Shown here: positions 36,566 through 45,207 of the stretch, one piece after another
Numbering within the stretch: position 1 is the first letter of the stretch
Layout of the letters: each line of letters opens with the position of its first letter
Assembly: GCA_017887695.1 (NCBI GenBank)
Contig: JAGHHM010000071.1
Location: 1-51,185 of the forward strand
DNA: 51,185 nucleotides
Source of the DNA: Oscillospiraceae bacterium
GTDB lineage: Bacteria > Bacillota > Clostridia > Oscillospirales > Oscillospiraceae
Direction of reading: 5' to 3'
The notes under the pieces: model-generated
Seen by the model: the letters and a program-made list of their open reading frames with translations, nothing else
What the model was told of the DNA's origin: nothing
Databases searched by the model: none
Made by a program: the position numbers and the translations under genes

Positions 36566-36596
36566 GTCCGCCGCGGAGAAATGCTCCGCGGCGGGC
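36566..36596 (-). terminator. hairpin after nrdD (terminator or attenuator directly upstream of the bglX RBS)
   Basis: 13-bp GC-rich stem (GCCCGCCGCGGAG / CTCCGCGGCGGAC on the minus strand), followed by only UGUUUGC and then the AAGGAG of bglX. Confidence 0.55.
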
Positions 36597-36635
36597 TGCC
36601 GGTTATACGCAATATACGCAATAATGAGGTATGCA

Positions 36636-39032
36636 TTACATGGCTGTATGGGCTTCCGCATAGGCCCGGATGTCCGAGGCGTTTACCACCTTCTCTACCT
36701 GGTCGCCATGGCGGACTACCAGAGTGGGAGCCTGGAGCACCTTGTATTTGCGGACCAGATCCATATGGCTGCTGACATCTACCGTCTGGTAGATGACCCC
36801 AGCCTTGTCCAGTGCATCCTTGGCAATGGGGCAATTGGGACAGGTGGCAGTGGTAAAGAGATAAAGTTCCTCCGGCTCACCGGAAACAACATCGCTTGTC
36901 TCACAGGGAGCTTCATTTCCCGCAGCCTCCCGGTCACAAAGGCGCTTGCCTTCAATATGGGAATTGGCCACATCATAGAGCTTGCGGTCCTTAAACTCCT
37001 GGGTTTTACCATCATTCCAGTTCTGCACCGGACGGTAGTAACCGGTAATCCGGCTATACACTTCCGCATTTTTGCCGCAGATGGGGCAAGTAAAATGCTC
37101 GCCGGTAATGTAGCCATGCTCGGGGCAGATGGAGTAGGTAGGCGATATGGTATAATAGGGCAATTTGAAATTCTCCGCGATCTTCCGTACCAGGTTGGCC
37201 GCGGCCTTCCAGTCCGGCAGCTTCTCCCCCAGGAAGGCATGGAATACCGTACCGGAGGTATACAGCGTCTGGAGTTCATCCTGGATAGCCAGTGCGGAGA
37301 AAATATCCTCCGTATAGCCTACCGGCAGATGGGAGCTGTTGGTATAGTATGGCGTATCGCCAGTCTTGGCAGCGGTAATGATATCAGGATACCGGGCCAC
37401 ATCATGCTTGGCCAGGCGATAGGTAGTAGACTCCGCAGGCGTCGCCTCCAGGTTGTACAGGTCGCCGTACAGCTCCTGATAGTCACTCAGACGCTCCCGC
37501 ATATGGTTGAGGACATCTTTTGCAAAGGCCTGGGTCTCCGGGTGGGTCAGATCCTGGCGCAGCCACTTGGCATTGAGACCAACCTCATTCATACCGATAA
37601 GGCCAATGGTGGAGAAGTGGTTATCAAAGGTTCCCAAATACCGCTTGGTGTAGGGATATAGCCCTGCTTCCAAAAGCTTGGTAATGACTGTGCGCTTGGT
37701 CTTAAGGCTCCGGGCGGACACATCCATGATGTGATCCAGCCGCTCATAGAACTCGTCCGGAGTCTCGGAGAGATAGGCAATCCGGGGCAGGTTTATAGTC
37801 ACCACACCCACAGAGCCGGTGGACTCACCGGAGCCGAAGAAGCCGCCGGACTTTTTGCGCAGCTCCCGGAGATCCAGGCGCAGTCGGCAGCACATGGAAC
37901 GCACATCGGAGGGCTCCATATCGCTGTTAATATAGTTGGAGAAATACGGCGTACCATACTTGGCAGTCATTTCAAAGAGGAGCTTGTTGTTTTCTGTGTC
38001 GCTCCAGTCAAAGTCACGGGTAATGGAATAGGTGGGGATAGGATACTGGAATCCACGTCCATTGGCATCGCCCTCAATCATGATCTCGATGAAGGCTTTG
38101 TTCACCATATCCATCTCTTTCTTGCAGTCGCCATATGTAAAGGGCATTTCCTTGCCGCCAACGATGGCAGGCAGGTTTTCCAGATCCTTGGGCACTGTCC
38201 AGTCCAAGGTAATGTTGGAGAAAGGCGCCTGGGTGCCCCAACGGCTGGGTGTATTGACGCCATAGACGAAAGACTGGATGCACTGCTTGACTTCCCGCTG
38301 GGTCAGGTTGTCCACTTTGACAAAGGGAGCCAGATAGGTATCAAAGGAAGAGAACGCCTGAGCACCCGCCCACTCGTTCTGCATGATGCCCAGGAAGTTC
38401 ACCATCTGGTTGCAGAGGGTGGAGAGGTGGCTGGCGGGAGAGGAGGTGATCTTCCCCGGAATACCGCCCAAGCCTTCCTGGATCAGCTGCTTGAGGCTCC
38501 AGCCGGCGCAGTCGCCGGTGAGCCTGCTCAGGTCATGGAGATGGATGTCTCCGTTCTTATGGGCGCTGGCGATCTCATCGTCATAGATCTCGCTGAGCCA
38601 GTAGTTGGCGGTAATGGCGCCGGAGTTGGACAGGATCAGGCCACCCACAGAGTATGTGACGGTGGAATTCTCCTTTACCCGCCAGTCGTTGATCTGGAGG
38701 TAGTTGTCCACCAGATCCTTATAGTCCAGCATGGTGGTATTGAGGTTGCGGATCTTCTCCCGCTGACGGCGGTAAAGAATATAGGCCTTGGCCACATCGT
38801 CGTAGCCCGCCTTACCCAAAACGCTCTCCACGCTGTCCTGGATATCCTCCACCGCAATTCTTCCATCACGGATTTTTTCCTGATAATCAGCGGTCACCCG
38901 CAACGCCAACAGATCAATAATATCCTGGTTATATGCCGTTTGGGTCGCCTCAAAGGCCTTGGTAATCGCCACACTGATCTTGGAAAGCTGAAACTCTGTG
39001 ACCTTACCATCCCGCTTTACTACCTGATACAT
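36636..39032 (-). CDS. nrdD: anaerobic ribonucleoside-triphosphate reductase (class III) with C-terminal thioredoxin-fold domain
   Basis: Frame of ORF 36636..39035 (the track start is a TTG; ATG at 39032). N-terminal ATP-cone, Zn ribbon CPEHGYITGEHFTCPICG and glycyl-radical motif SRITGYY. An extra 112 aa beyond the usual end contains LFTTATCPNCPIAK. Confidence 0.92.
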   Translation of the reverse strand: MYQVVKRDGKVTEFQLSKISVAITKAFEATQTAYNQDIIDLLALRVTADYQEKIRDGRIAVEDIQDSVESVLGKAGYDDVAKAYILYRRQREKIRNLNTTMLDYKDLVDNYLQINDWRVKENSTVTYSVGGLILSNSGAITANYWLSEIYDDEIASAHKNGDIHLHDLSRLTGDCAGWSLKQLIQEGLGGIPGKITSSPASHLSTLCNQMVNFLGIMQNEWAGAQAFSSFDTYLAPFVKVDNLTQREVKQCIQSFVYGVNTPSRWGTQAPFSNITLDWTVPKDLENLPAIVGGKEMPFTYGDCKKEMDMVNKAFIEIMIEGDANGRGFQYPIPTYSITRDFDWSDTENNKLLFEMTAKYGTPYFSNYINSDMEPSDVRSMCCRLRLDLRELRKKSGGFFGSGESTGSVGVVTINLPRIAYLSETPDEFYERLDHIMDVSARSLKTKRTVITKLLEAGLYPYTKRYLGTFDNHFSTIGLIGMNEVGLNAKWLRQDLTHPETQAFAKDVLNHMRERLSDYQELYGDLYNLEATPAESTTYRLAKHDVARYPDIITAAKTGDTPYYTNSSHLPVGYTEDIFSALAIQDELQTLYTSGTVFHAFLGEKLPDWKAAANLVRKIAENFKLPYYTISPTYSICPEHGYITGEHFTCPICGKNAEVYSRITGYYRPVQNWNDGKTQEFKDRKLYDVANSHIEGKRLCDREAAGNEAPCETSDVVSGEPEELYLFTTATCPNCPIAKDALDKAGVIYQTVDVSSHMDLVRKYKVLQAPTLVVRHGDQVEKVVNASDIRAYAEAHTAM

Positions 39033-39118
39033 CAAACCGCCCTGCTTTCTTTAGTAATAATATCATCCGGGGAACCCGGCGGCAGCCAAACTCCCTTCTA
39101 AGACTCGGAACGGTTTTT

Positions 39119-39147
39119 ATTATAGGCGCTATCTACTCTTGTGTCAA
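39119..39147 (-). promoter_or_regulatory. consensus sigma-A promoter for nrdD
   Basis: On the minus strand: TTGACA (39147-39142), 17-nt spacer, TATAAT (39124-39119). Confidence 0.65.
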
Positions 39148-39155
39148 TAGAAAGA

Positions 39156-39202
39156 ACACAATATATAGTATGGCAAGTTGTGCATGTCACAAAATATCGT
39201 TA
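39156..39202. promoter_or_regulatory. tandem NrdR-box candidates
   Basis: ACACAATATATAGTAT (39156-39171) matches the remembered consensus acaCwAtATaTwGtgt at 15 of 16 positions. TCACAAAATATCGTTA (39187-39202) matches at 11 of 16. The box centres are 31 bp apart. Confidence 0.55.
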
Positions 39203-39892
39203 TATGCCGCGAATTGCCACTGTTTTGAACCAAGGCCGGGCTTTCTCGGCCAATTCCTGCATTTCTGAGGGGGAAAAGGGGGCACACCCCTCCCCCACCA
39301 GGTTACCGGAATCCACAAAGGTTTGTAGAAAATACCGAGGCGCTCCGGAAAGCCACTGTCCAATTGCTTCCATATCCTCCGCAGTATGAAACGGCTTCAC
39401 GGCAGTGGTTCGAAATTCAAAGTCTACATCACTCTCCATCAGGAGCGCCGCGCTTTCCTTTACCGCGGTCATATCAAAGCCTGGGCATCCAACGGTCTCA
39501 GCGTATTTTTCCAAGCTGTTTTTGATATCCATTGCCACATAGTCCACCATCCCCCGCTCCAGCAGTTCCCGCAGCCTTCGGGGGTAGCAGCCGTTGGTAT
39601 CCAACTTGATGGCGTATCCCATGTCCCGAACCCGGGCCAGGAATTCCTCCACCCCCGGCTGGAGCAAAGGCTCGCCGCCGCTGAGGACCACGCCGTCCAA
39701 AAGCCCCTTCCGTCCTGCAAGGAAATCCAGGACTGCCTCCTCTGTCAGATCCTCTGCCTCCTCCGGCCGGGTAACCAGAGGTGCGTTATGGCAAAACGGG
39801 CAACGCAGATTACAGCCACTGGTAAATACCGTGGCCGCCACTTTTCCCGGGAAATCCACCATAGCCAGCTTCTGCAATCCACCAATCCGCAT
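39200..39892 (-). CDS. nrdG: anaerobic ribonucleoside-triphosphate reductase activating protein (radical SAM)
   Basis: ORF 39200..39892 after GGAGA. DFPGKVAATVFTSGCNLRCPFCHN contains the CxxxCxxC cluster motif. Confidence 0.92.
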   Translation of the reverse strand: MRIGGLQKLAMVDFPGKVAATVFTSGCNLRCPFCHNAPLVTRPEEAEDLTEEAVLDFLAGRKGLLDGVVLSGGEPLLQPGVEEFLARVRDMGYAIKLDTNGCYPRRLRELLERGMVDYVAMDIKNSLEKYAETVGCPGFDMTAVKESAALLMESDVDFEFRTTAVKPFHTAEDMEAIGQWLSGAPRYFLQTFVDSGNLVGEGCAPFSPSEMQELAEKARPWFKTVAIRGI

Positions 39893-40179
39893 GGTTTGTC
39901 TCCTATCTGATACACAATCATTCCGGCAGGCCGGGCAGGCAGCCGGTATATCCCATTGTACCGCGCCGACTGCGTCAGGACAAGAGGTGAGAAAGTATAT
40001 CTTTCCAGAGCAGCAAAAGGATTAAAAAATATCCCCCCCGGTAGCTTGTATCTGTTCCGGTCTTCCTTTATACTACACTGCGGACAAGGAACGGCGCCCC
40101 AGGATAGCTGTTTAGCCTGACATCATGATCAGGCCGCGGCATCCTTCCGGGCGCCGGGTTTACGAAAAGGAGCGTTCTT

Positions 40180-41301
40180 ATGAAAAAATGGAAACACTAC
40201 CCTGCCCTGCTGCTTTCGATGGCCCTGATTCTCATTCTGGCCGCCTGCGGAGGCAACACAGCAGATAACGCCGAAACAAATACCGACAACGGAAGCAGCC
40301 AGGCCAATACCCGCACCATTACCGACAGTGCTGGCCGTACCGTGGAGATCCCTGAAACAGTGGAGCGGATCGTCTGCGTCAATGTAGGCGCCCTGCGGTA
40401 TACCTGCTATATGCAGGCTCAGGATCTGGTGGTGGGCGTAGAGGACTACGAGCAGGAACCCACCATGTCCCGTCTCTATAACTACGTTAACTTTGACCAA
40501 TTCTCCAGCCTGCCCGTTGTCGGCAGCAACGGGGAACATTATCCCGAGGCCATTATTACCGCCGATCCTGACGTAATCATCATGACCGCTTCCGACGACA
40601 AGGATGCCAACAGCCTCCAGGACAAGACCGGCATTCCTGTGGTAGTGGTACCCGGCAGCGACACTACCCTGGATAAGGGCGCCTATGAAACCATCCGCAT
40701 TATGGGAGAGGTTTACGGCAAGGAGGAGCGTACGGAGGAACTGACCGCCTATCTGGACAGTGTCAAAGCTGACCTTGAGGAGCGCACCGCCTCCGTTGCC
40801 GATGCAGACAAGCCCACTGTGTATGTAGGCGGCGTATCCTTTAAGGGACATCACGGCTTTGAGGGGACAGAGGCAGGCTACGGTCCCTTTGTCCTGATCC
40901 ACGCCAACAACCTGGCGGATACCACCGGACAGACCGGCGCCTTTGATATTGACACTGAACAGGTACTGGCCTGGGACCCCGATGTAATCTTCCTGGATTT
41001 TAACGGTATGTCCCTCATTAACGAGGACTACGCGAAGAATCCCGACTACTATCAGGGGCTTACCGCTGTGCGGGAAGGCCGTATCTACTCCCAGATTTCC
41101 TTCCGTTCCAGCGCTTCCAACCTGGAAACCGCTCTGGCGGATGCTTATTATGCTGCCACCATCCTCTATCCGGAGCAGTTTGCCGACATTGACCCCGTGG
41201 AAAAAGCAGGCGAAATCTTTACCACTCTGCTGGGTGCCAATCCCTATGAAGATCTGAAGGAGGCCGGCTATGAATTCAGGCCCATCCAAATCGGGGAATA
41301 A
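40180..41301 (+). CDS. ABC transporter substrate-binding lipoprotein (FecB/BtuF-like, cluster A-II)
   Basis: ORF 40180..41301 after AAGGAG. Lipobox LILAAC. The fold class is inferred from the adjacent FecCD permease and from sequence character. Confidence 0.82.
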   Translation: MKKWKHYPALLLSMALILILAACGGNTADNAETNTDNGSSQANTRTITDSAGRTVEIPETVERIVCVNVGALRYTCYMQAQDLVVGVEDYEQEPTMSRLYNYVNFDQFSSLPVVGSNGEHYPEAIITADPDVIIMTASDDKDANSLQDKTGIPVVVVPGSDTTLDKGAYETIRIMGEVYGKEERTEELTAYLDSVKADLEERTASVADADKPTVYVGGVSFKGHHGFEGTEAGYGPFVLIHANNLADTTGQTGAFDIDTEQVLAWDPDVIFLDFNGMSLINEDYAKNPDYYQGLTAVREGRIYSQISFRSSASNLETALADAYYAATILYPEQFADIDPVEKAGEIFTTLLGANPYEDLKEAGYEFRPIQIGE

Positions 41302-42361
41302 TGCTCCCCATCAGCACAGCGTTATTGACCCGGCCTTTCACCGCAACCGGGTACGAAGCCTCACTTTCCTGGCGATTTTGGCCCTGGCACTGGTGGTGGC
41401 TATTCTTCTCTCTCTGCGGGCAGGCTCCTATGAAACTCCTGTCAGTGAACTGATTCGAGGGATTTTCGGTGCGGCACACGACGAAAACATCAACCGGATA
41501 GTCCTCAACAACCGCCTGCCCCGAATCTGCACCGCGCTCATCGCAGGAGCAGGCCTGGGAATCTCCGGCTGCGTGCTTCAGGCTATTCTCCGCAACCCTC
41601 TGGCTTCCGCTTCCACTCTGGGCGTGTCCCAAGGGGCCAGCTTTGGCGCCGCTTTTGCCATCATCGTCCTTAATGCCGGAACCGTCGGCGCCGCCGGCAC
41701 CGCCATGATCCCTGTCTGTGCCTTTGCCGGCAGCATGGCGGTGGCCCTGGTGATTTTTGGACTGTCCCGATTCCGGCAGATCTCCCCGGAGGGGATCGTT
41801 TTGGCAGGCGTTGCCATCAGCTCTATGTTTACCGGCGCCACTACTCTTATCCAGTATTTTGCCGATGAGATTGAACTGGCCAGCCTGGTGTTTTGGACCT
41901 TCGGCAGCCTGGGCAGCACAACCTGGTCTGACCTGCGGATCATGGGGATTGTAGTACTCCTGACCAGCGTTGTTTTTCTTCTTCATCGCTGGGACTATAA
42001 CGCTCTCCTCAGCGGCACCGAGACTGCGGTAAGTCTTGGCATCAATGTCCGGCGGCTGACCATGGTGGACATGATCCTCTGCTGCCTTACCGCCTCCACC
42101 ATCGTCTCCTACATCGGCCTTATCAACTTCATCGGTTTGGTAGCGCCCCACATCGTCCGGATGGTAGTAGGCAACAACCACGTCTACCTCCTCCCCGGCT
42201 CCATTCTGGCGGGTTCTACCCTGCTGCTGCTGGGAGATCTTTTCGCCCGGGTGGCTATCAGCCCCGTGATCCTGCCCATCGGCGCCATCACCTCTTTCCT
42301 GGGCGGACCGCTGTTCCTGTATCTTCTTTTCAAGGGAGGCCGCCGCAATGCTGAACGTTGA
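41270..42361 (+). CDS. FecCD-family ABC transporter permease
   Basis: ORF 41270..42361. ATG lies 6 nt after GGAGG and overlaps the SBP gene. Polytopic, with the typical FecCD C-terminus GAITSFLGGPLFLYLL. Confidence 0.88.
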   Translation: MNSGPSKSGNNAPHQHSVIDPAFHRNRVRSLTFLAILALALVVAILLSLRAGSYETPVSELIRGIFGAAHDENINRIVLNNRLPRICTALIAGAGLGISGCVLQAILRNPLASASTLGVSQGASFGAAFAIIVLNAGTVGAAGTAMIPVCAFAGSMAVALVIFGLSRFRQISPEGIVLAGVAISSMFTGATTLIQYFADEIELASLVFWTFGSLGSTTWSDLRIMGIVVLLTSVVFLLHRWDYNALLSGTETAVSLGINVRRLTMVDMILCCLTASTIVSYIGLINFIGLVAPHIVRMVVGNNHVYLLPGSILAGSTLLLLGDLFARVAISPVILPIGAITSFLGGPLFLYLLFKGGRRNAER

Positions 42362-43100
42362 AAATCTGAGTTTTCACTACCGCAGCGGCCCCGAGATCCT
42401 GCGTCAGATCAGCTTTTCCCTGGAGGAAGGGCAGTTCCTGGCTATTTTAGGCAATAACGGCGCCGGGAAGAGCACCATGCTCAAGTGTTTCAACCAGATC
42501 CTCCGGGTAAAAGGGGGCCACGTCTGGATGGACGGCGAGGACCTTCTCACCATGACCCATCGGGAAGTGGCCCGACGGGTAGCCTTTGTCTCCCAGACGA
42601 TCCCCAGCACCCAGATGACTGTCCACGACGTGGTGATGCTGGGCCGTCGTCCGTATATGCAATGGGGCTTCACTGAAGAAGATCACCGGATCGTCCACCA
42701 GGCCATGGACCGCCTGAACCTCTCCGCTATGCGGGGCCGCTTTCTTAATGAACTCAGCGGTGGTGAGCGGCAGAAAGTGATGCTGGCCCGGGCTCTGGCC
42801 CAGCAGCCCAAGGTGCTCCTGCTGGACGAACCAACCAGCAGCCTGGATATTCAGAACCAGTACCAGGTGCTGGATATTGTACGGGATATTTGCCGCACCT
42901 CCTCTATCACTGCTGTCATGGTGATTCATGACCTGAACCTGGCCCTTCGCTTCTGTGACCGCTTTCTCCTGCTCAAGGACGGACGTGTGTATCGTTCCGG
43001 GGACAGTTCCATTCTGGACCGCCAGGCTTTGCGGGATGTTTATGGTGTAGATGCCCATGTAGTGACCGTGGAAGGAAAATCCGTAGTTCTAGTGGACTGA
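42348..43100 (+). CDS. ABC transporter ATP-binding protein (FepC/FecE-like)
   Basis: ORF 42348..43100. Walker A GNNGAGKST, signature LSGGERQ, Walker B LLLLDEP. Confidence 0.9.
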   Translation: MLNVENLSFHYRSGPEILRQISFSLEEGQFLAILGNNGAGKSTMLKCFNQILRVKGGHVWMDGEDLLTMTHREVARRVAFVSQTIPSTQMTVHDVVMLGRRPYMQWGFTEEDHRIVHQAMDRLNLSAMRGRFLNELSGGERQKVMLARALAQQPKVLLLDEPTSSLDIQNQYQVLDIVRDICRTSSITAVMVIHDLNLALRFCDRFLLLKDGRVYRSGDSSILDRQALRDVYGVDAHVVTVEGKSVVLVD

Positions 43101-43132
43101 AGTAAAATCAAACCGGTAAGGAGTATAAAAAT

Positions 43133-43663
43133 ATGAACGAACGTGAGCTTTGGGAAAAATGCGCGGCCTTTCACGGCCATGAGTGCGGCGGCCTGACCAT
43201 CGGCTACAAGGCTGCCCTGTATGCCATTGAACTGCTGGATCTCCACTTTTCCGATGATGAGCAGGTGGTGTGCGTGACGGAGAACGATGCCTGCGGCGTG
43301 GATGCCATTCAGGTTATCCTTGGCTGCAGCGTGGGTAAGGGCAACCTTCTCTTCCACCTGCGGGGCAAGCAGGCCTTTTCCTTCTACAACCGCACCACCG
43401 GCCGCTCTGTCCGCCTGGTCCTGAAGGATCGCCCTCAGGGCATGAGCCGTGCGGAATCCTTCGCCTACTATCAGTCCCTCTCCCCCCGGGATATGTTCGA
43501 TGTGAAGGAGACCACGGTTCAGCTGCCGGAAACTGCCCGGCTGTTCCAGTCTGTCAAATGCGAGTGCTGCGGTGAAACCACAGCAGAAAATATGATCCGC
43601 CTGGAAAATGGCAAAAAGCTTTGCCTGGACTGTGCCAATGCGTACAGCCGCTTTGACGTGTAA
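43133..43663 (+). CDS. FmdE/FwdE-family protein with C-terminal zinc ribbon
   Basis: ORF 43133..43663 after AAGGAG. FHGHECGGLTIGYKA and ENDACGVDAIQV are the FmdE-domain metal-site motifs. C-terminal CECCGE..CLDC. Confidence 0.8.
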   Translation: MNERELWEKCAAFHGHECGGLTIGYKAALYAIELLDLHFSDDEQVVCVTENDACGVDAIQVILGCSVGKGNLLFHLRGKQAFSFYNRTTGRSVRLVLKDRPQGMSRAESFAYYQSLSPRDMFDVKETTVQLPETARLFQSVKCECCGETTAENMIRLENGKKLCLDCANAYSRFDV

Positions 43664-43673
43664 CCCAAAAGGA

Positions 43674-43709
43674 AACGCCCGTCTGGAATACTTCTTCCAG
43701 ACGGGCGTT
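43674..43709. terminator. bidirectional intrinsic terminator
   Basis: 15-bp stem AACGCCCGTCTGGAA / TTCCAGACGGGCGTT, followed by GTTTTAT on the plus strand and TTTCCTTTT on the minus strand. Confidence 0.85.
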
Positions 43710-43717
43710 GTTTTATA

Positions 43718-44968
43718 TTATGCGGTGGCTTCTGCGGTCTCATCCATTTTTCGAACTTCTGCTTCCAGTACCCGGTGGCCATCGGTTTTCGTCACTGTTA
43801 CCTTCAGATCCTCCCAAAGGAACGTATCGCCCTGGACAGGGATCCGGCCCAGCTGTTCAGCCACCCATCCTCCCAAAGTGGAGTTGTCATCGCCGGCATC
43901 TGCATGGAACAGCTCCTTAAGAATCTCAGGACTTTCTGCGCAAGAGATAAGGTAAGCCCCCTCCCCGGTCTGGCGGACAGGCTCCTCCACTTCATCATGC
44001 TCGTCCCAGATCTCACCTACCAGCTCCTCCAGGATGTCCTCCATAGTAACGATACCCAGGGTGCCGCCAAATTCATCGCTGATAATCGCCACATGGGACT
44101 TACTCCGCTGAAGCTGCCGGAGCAGGGCGCTGATCTTCACCGTGGGCGGGACAAAGAGAGGCGCAGTCATGATGTCGCTCAGCTTAGTGCTCTCTCCAGC
44201 TTCACAAAAATCTTTGAGATGTACCACGCCCCGGATATCATCCAAATCCTCACCATAAACCAGCAGCCGGGAATAACGGGATTCCCGGAATACCCGGGAT
44301 ACCTCTTCCCGGGAGGCGGAAATAGGCACCGCCTCCAGATCCACCCGGTGGGTCAGGATGTCTCCTGCCTCCTGGTCCGGGAACTCAATGGCGCTGCGCA
44401 GCAGCTCGCCCTCATCCCGGTCAATGCCGCCCTCCTGCTCGACTTCATCCACCAGCACCAGCAGCTCCTGCTGGGTCAGCTTCCGGTCATCCTTCACCCG
44501 GAAGATCAGCGTAAGCAGACGTTTCCACTGGGTAAAAAGGAAGTTCAGTGGCGCCAGCACCCACATAAGTACCCGCAGCAGCGGAGCCGACAGCATGGCA
44601 AACCGCTCGGGGCTGTCCTTAGCCAGACTCTTGGGGGATATCTCGCCGAAAATCAACACGACGATGGTAATGACAACCGTGGAAATCGTGGCTCCCAGGT
44701 CGCCGTAATAACGTACAAACATCACAGTACCAATCGAGGCCACGGCAATATTCACAATATTGTTGCCGATCAGCAGCGTGGACAGCAGCCGGTCATACTG
44801 CTCTGCCAGCGCCAGAGTGCGTTCTGCCCGCTTGTCGCCCTGCTCAGCCATAGCCTTCATCCTGGCCCTGTTAAGAGAGGAAAACGCCGTTTCTGACGCG
44901 GAAAAATAGGCAGAAAAAGCGATACATATTGCCATCGCCAACAATTCACTTATTAATTGGGTCTCCAT
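43718..44968 (-). CDS. CNNM/CorC-family protein (DUF21 TM domain + CBS pair + CorC_HlyC)
   Basis: Frame of ORF 43718..45001 (the track start is a TTG; ATG at 44968). SASETAFSSLNRARM is the DUF21 signature. CBS pair and C-terminal transporter-associated domain. Confidence 0.88.
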   Translation of the reverse strand: METQLISELLAMAICIAFSAYFSASETAFSSLNRARMKAMAEQGDKRAERTLALAEQYDRLLSTLLIGNNIVNIAVASIGTVMFVRYYGDLGATISTVVITIVVLIFGEISPKSLAKDSPERFAMLSAPLLRVLMWVLAPLNFLFTQWKRLLTLIFRVKDDRKLTQQELLVLVDEVEQEGGIDRDEGELLRSAIEFPDQEAGDILTHRVDLEAVPISASREEVSRVFRESRYSRLLVYGEDLDDIRGVVHLKDFCEAGESTKLSDIMTAPLFVPPTVKISALLRQLQRSKSHVAIISDEFGGTLGIVTMEDILEELVGEIWDEHDEVEEPVRQTGEGAYLISCAESPEILKELFHADAGDDNSTLGGWVAEQLGRIPVQGDTFLWEDLKVTVTKTDGHRVLEAEVRKMDETAEATA

Positions 44969-45207
44969 AAAGTAAAAATCCTCCTGTTTATTCCTATCCA
45001 AACCTTGTTCCCATCCCCCGCAGGCGCGGGGCCCAGGCCAGCATTACTGCAGCAGGCGGCCAAGGCGCAAAAAGGCACGCCTGTCCCACTGACCGCGGAG
45101 CAGACATGCCCGATATAATAAACAGGATTGTGTGAAATCAATACTGTGGTAATCGCCTTCGTCACTGTCCATGTGGTCTATCGTCCTCCCTTCTGAATAA
45201 TTTTATT

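Noticed and set aside
34295-39101. Plus-strand ORFs 34295..36241, 36540..37661 and 37731..39101, opposite bglX and nrdD
   Set aside because: Shadow ORFs of strongly supported minus-strand genes, with no RBS or domains.
39893-40179. Cobalamin riboswitch upstream of the FecBCD-type importer, or near nrdG
   Set aside because: I found no B12-box (GCCACUG-like) or the conserved GGUGC/AAUCC core on either strand. nrdDG is class III and not B12-dependent.
40129-41289. 386-aa minus-strand ORF opposite the ABC substrate-binding protein gene
   Set aside because: Shadow ORF. The plus-strand gene has an RBS, a lipobox and operon context.
44953-45165. 70-aa minus-strand ORF in the CNNM leader, and an M-box or Mn riboswitch there
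   Set aside because: The ORF has no RBS and overlaps the CNNM start. I saw no UUAGGUGAGGC (M-box) or yybP-ykoY signature.
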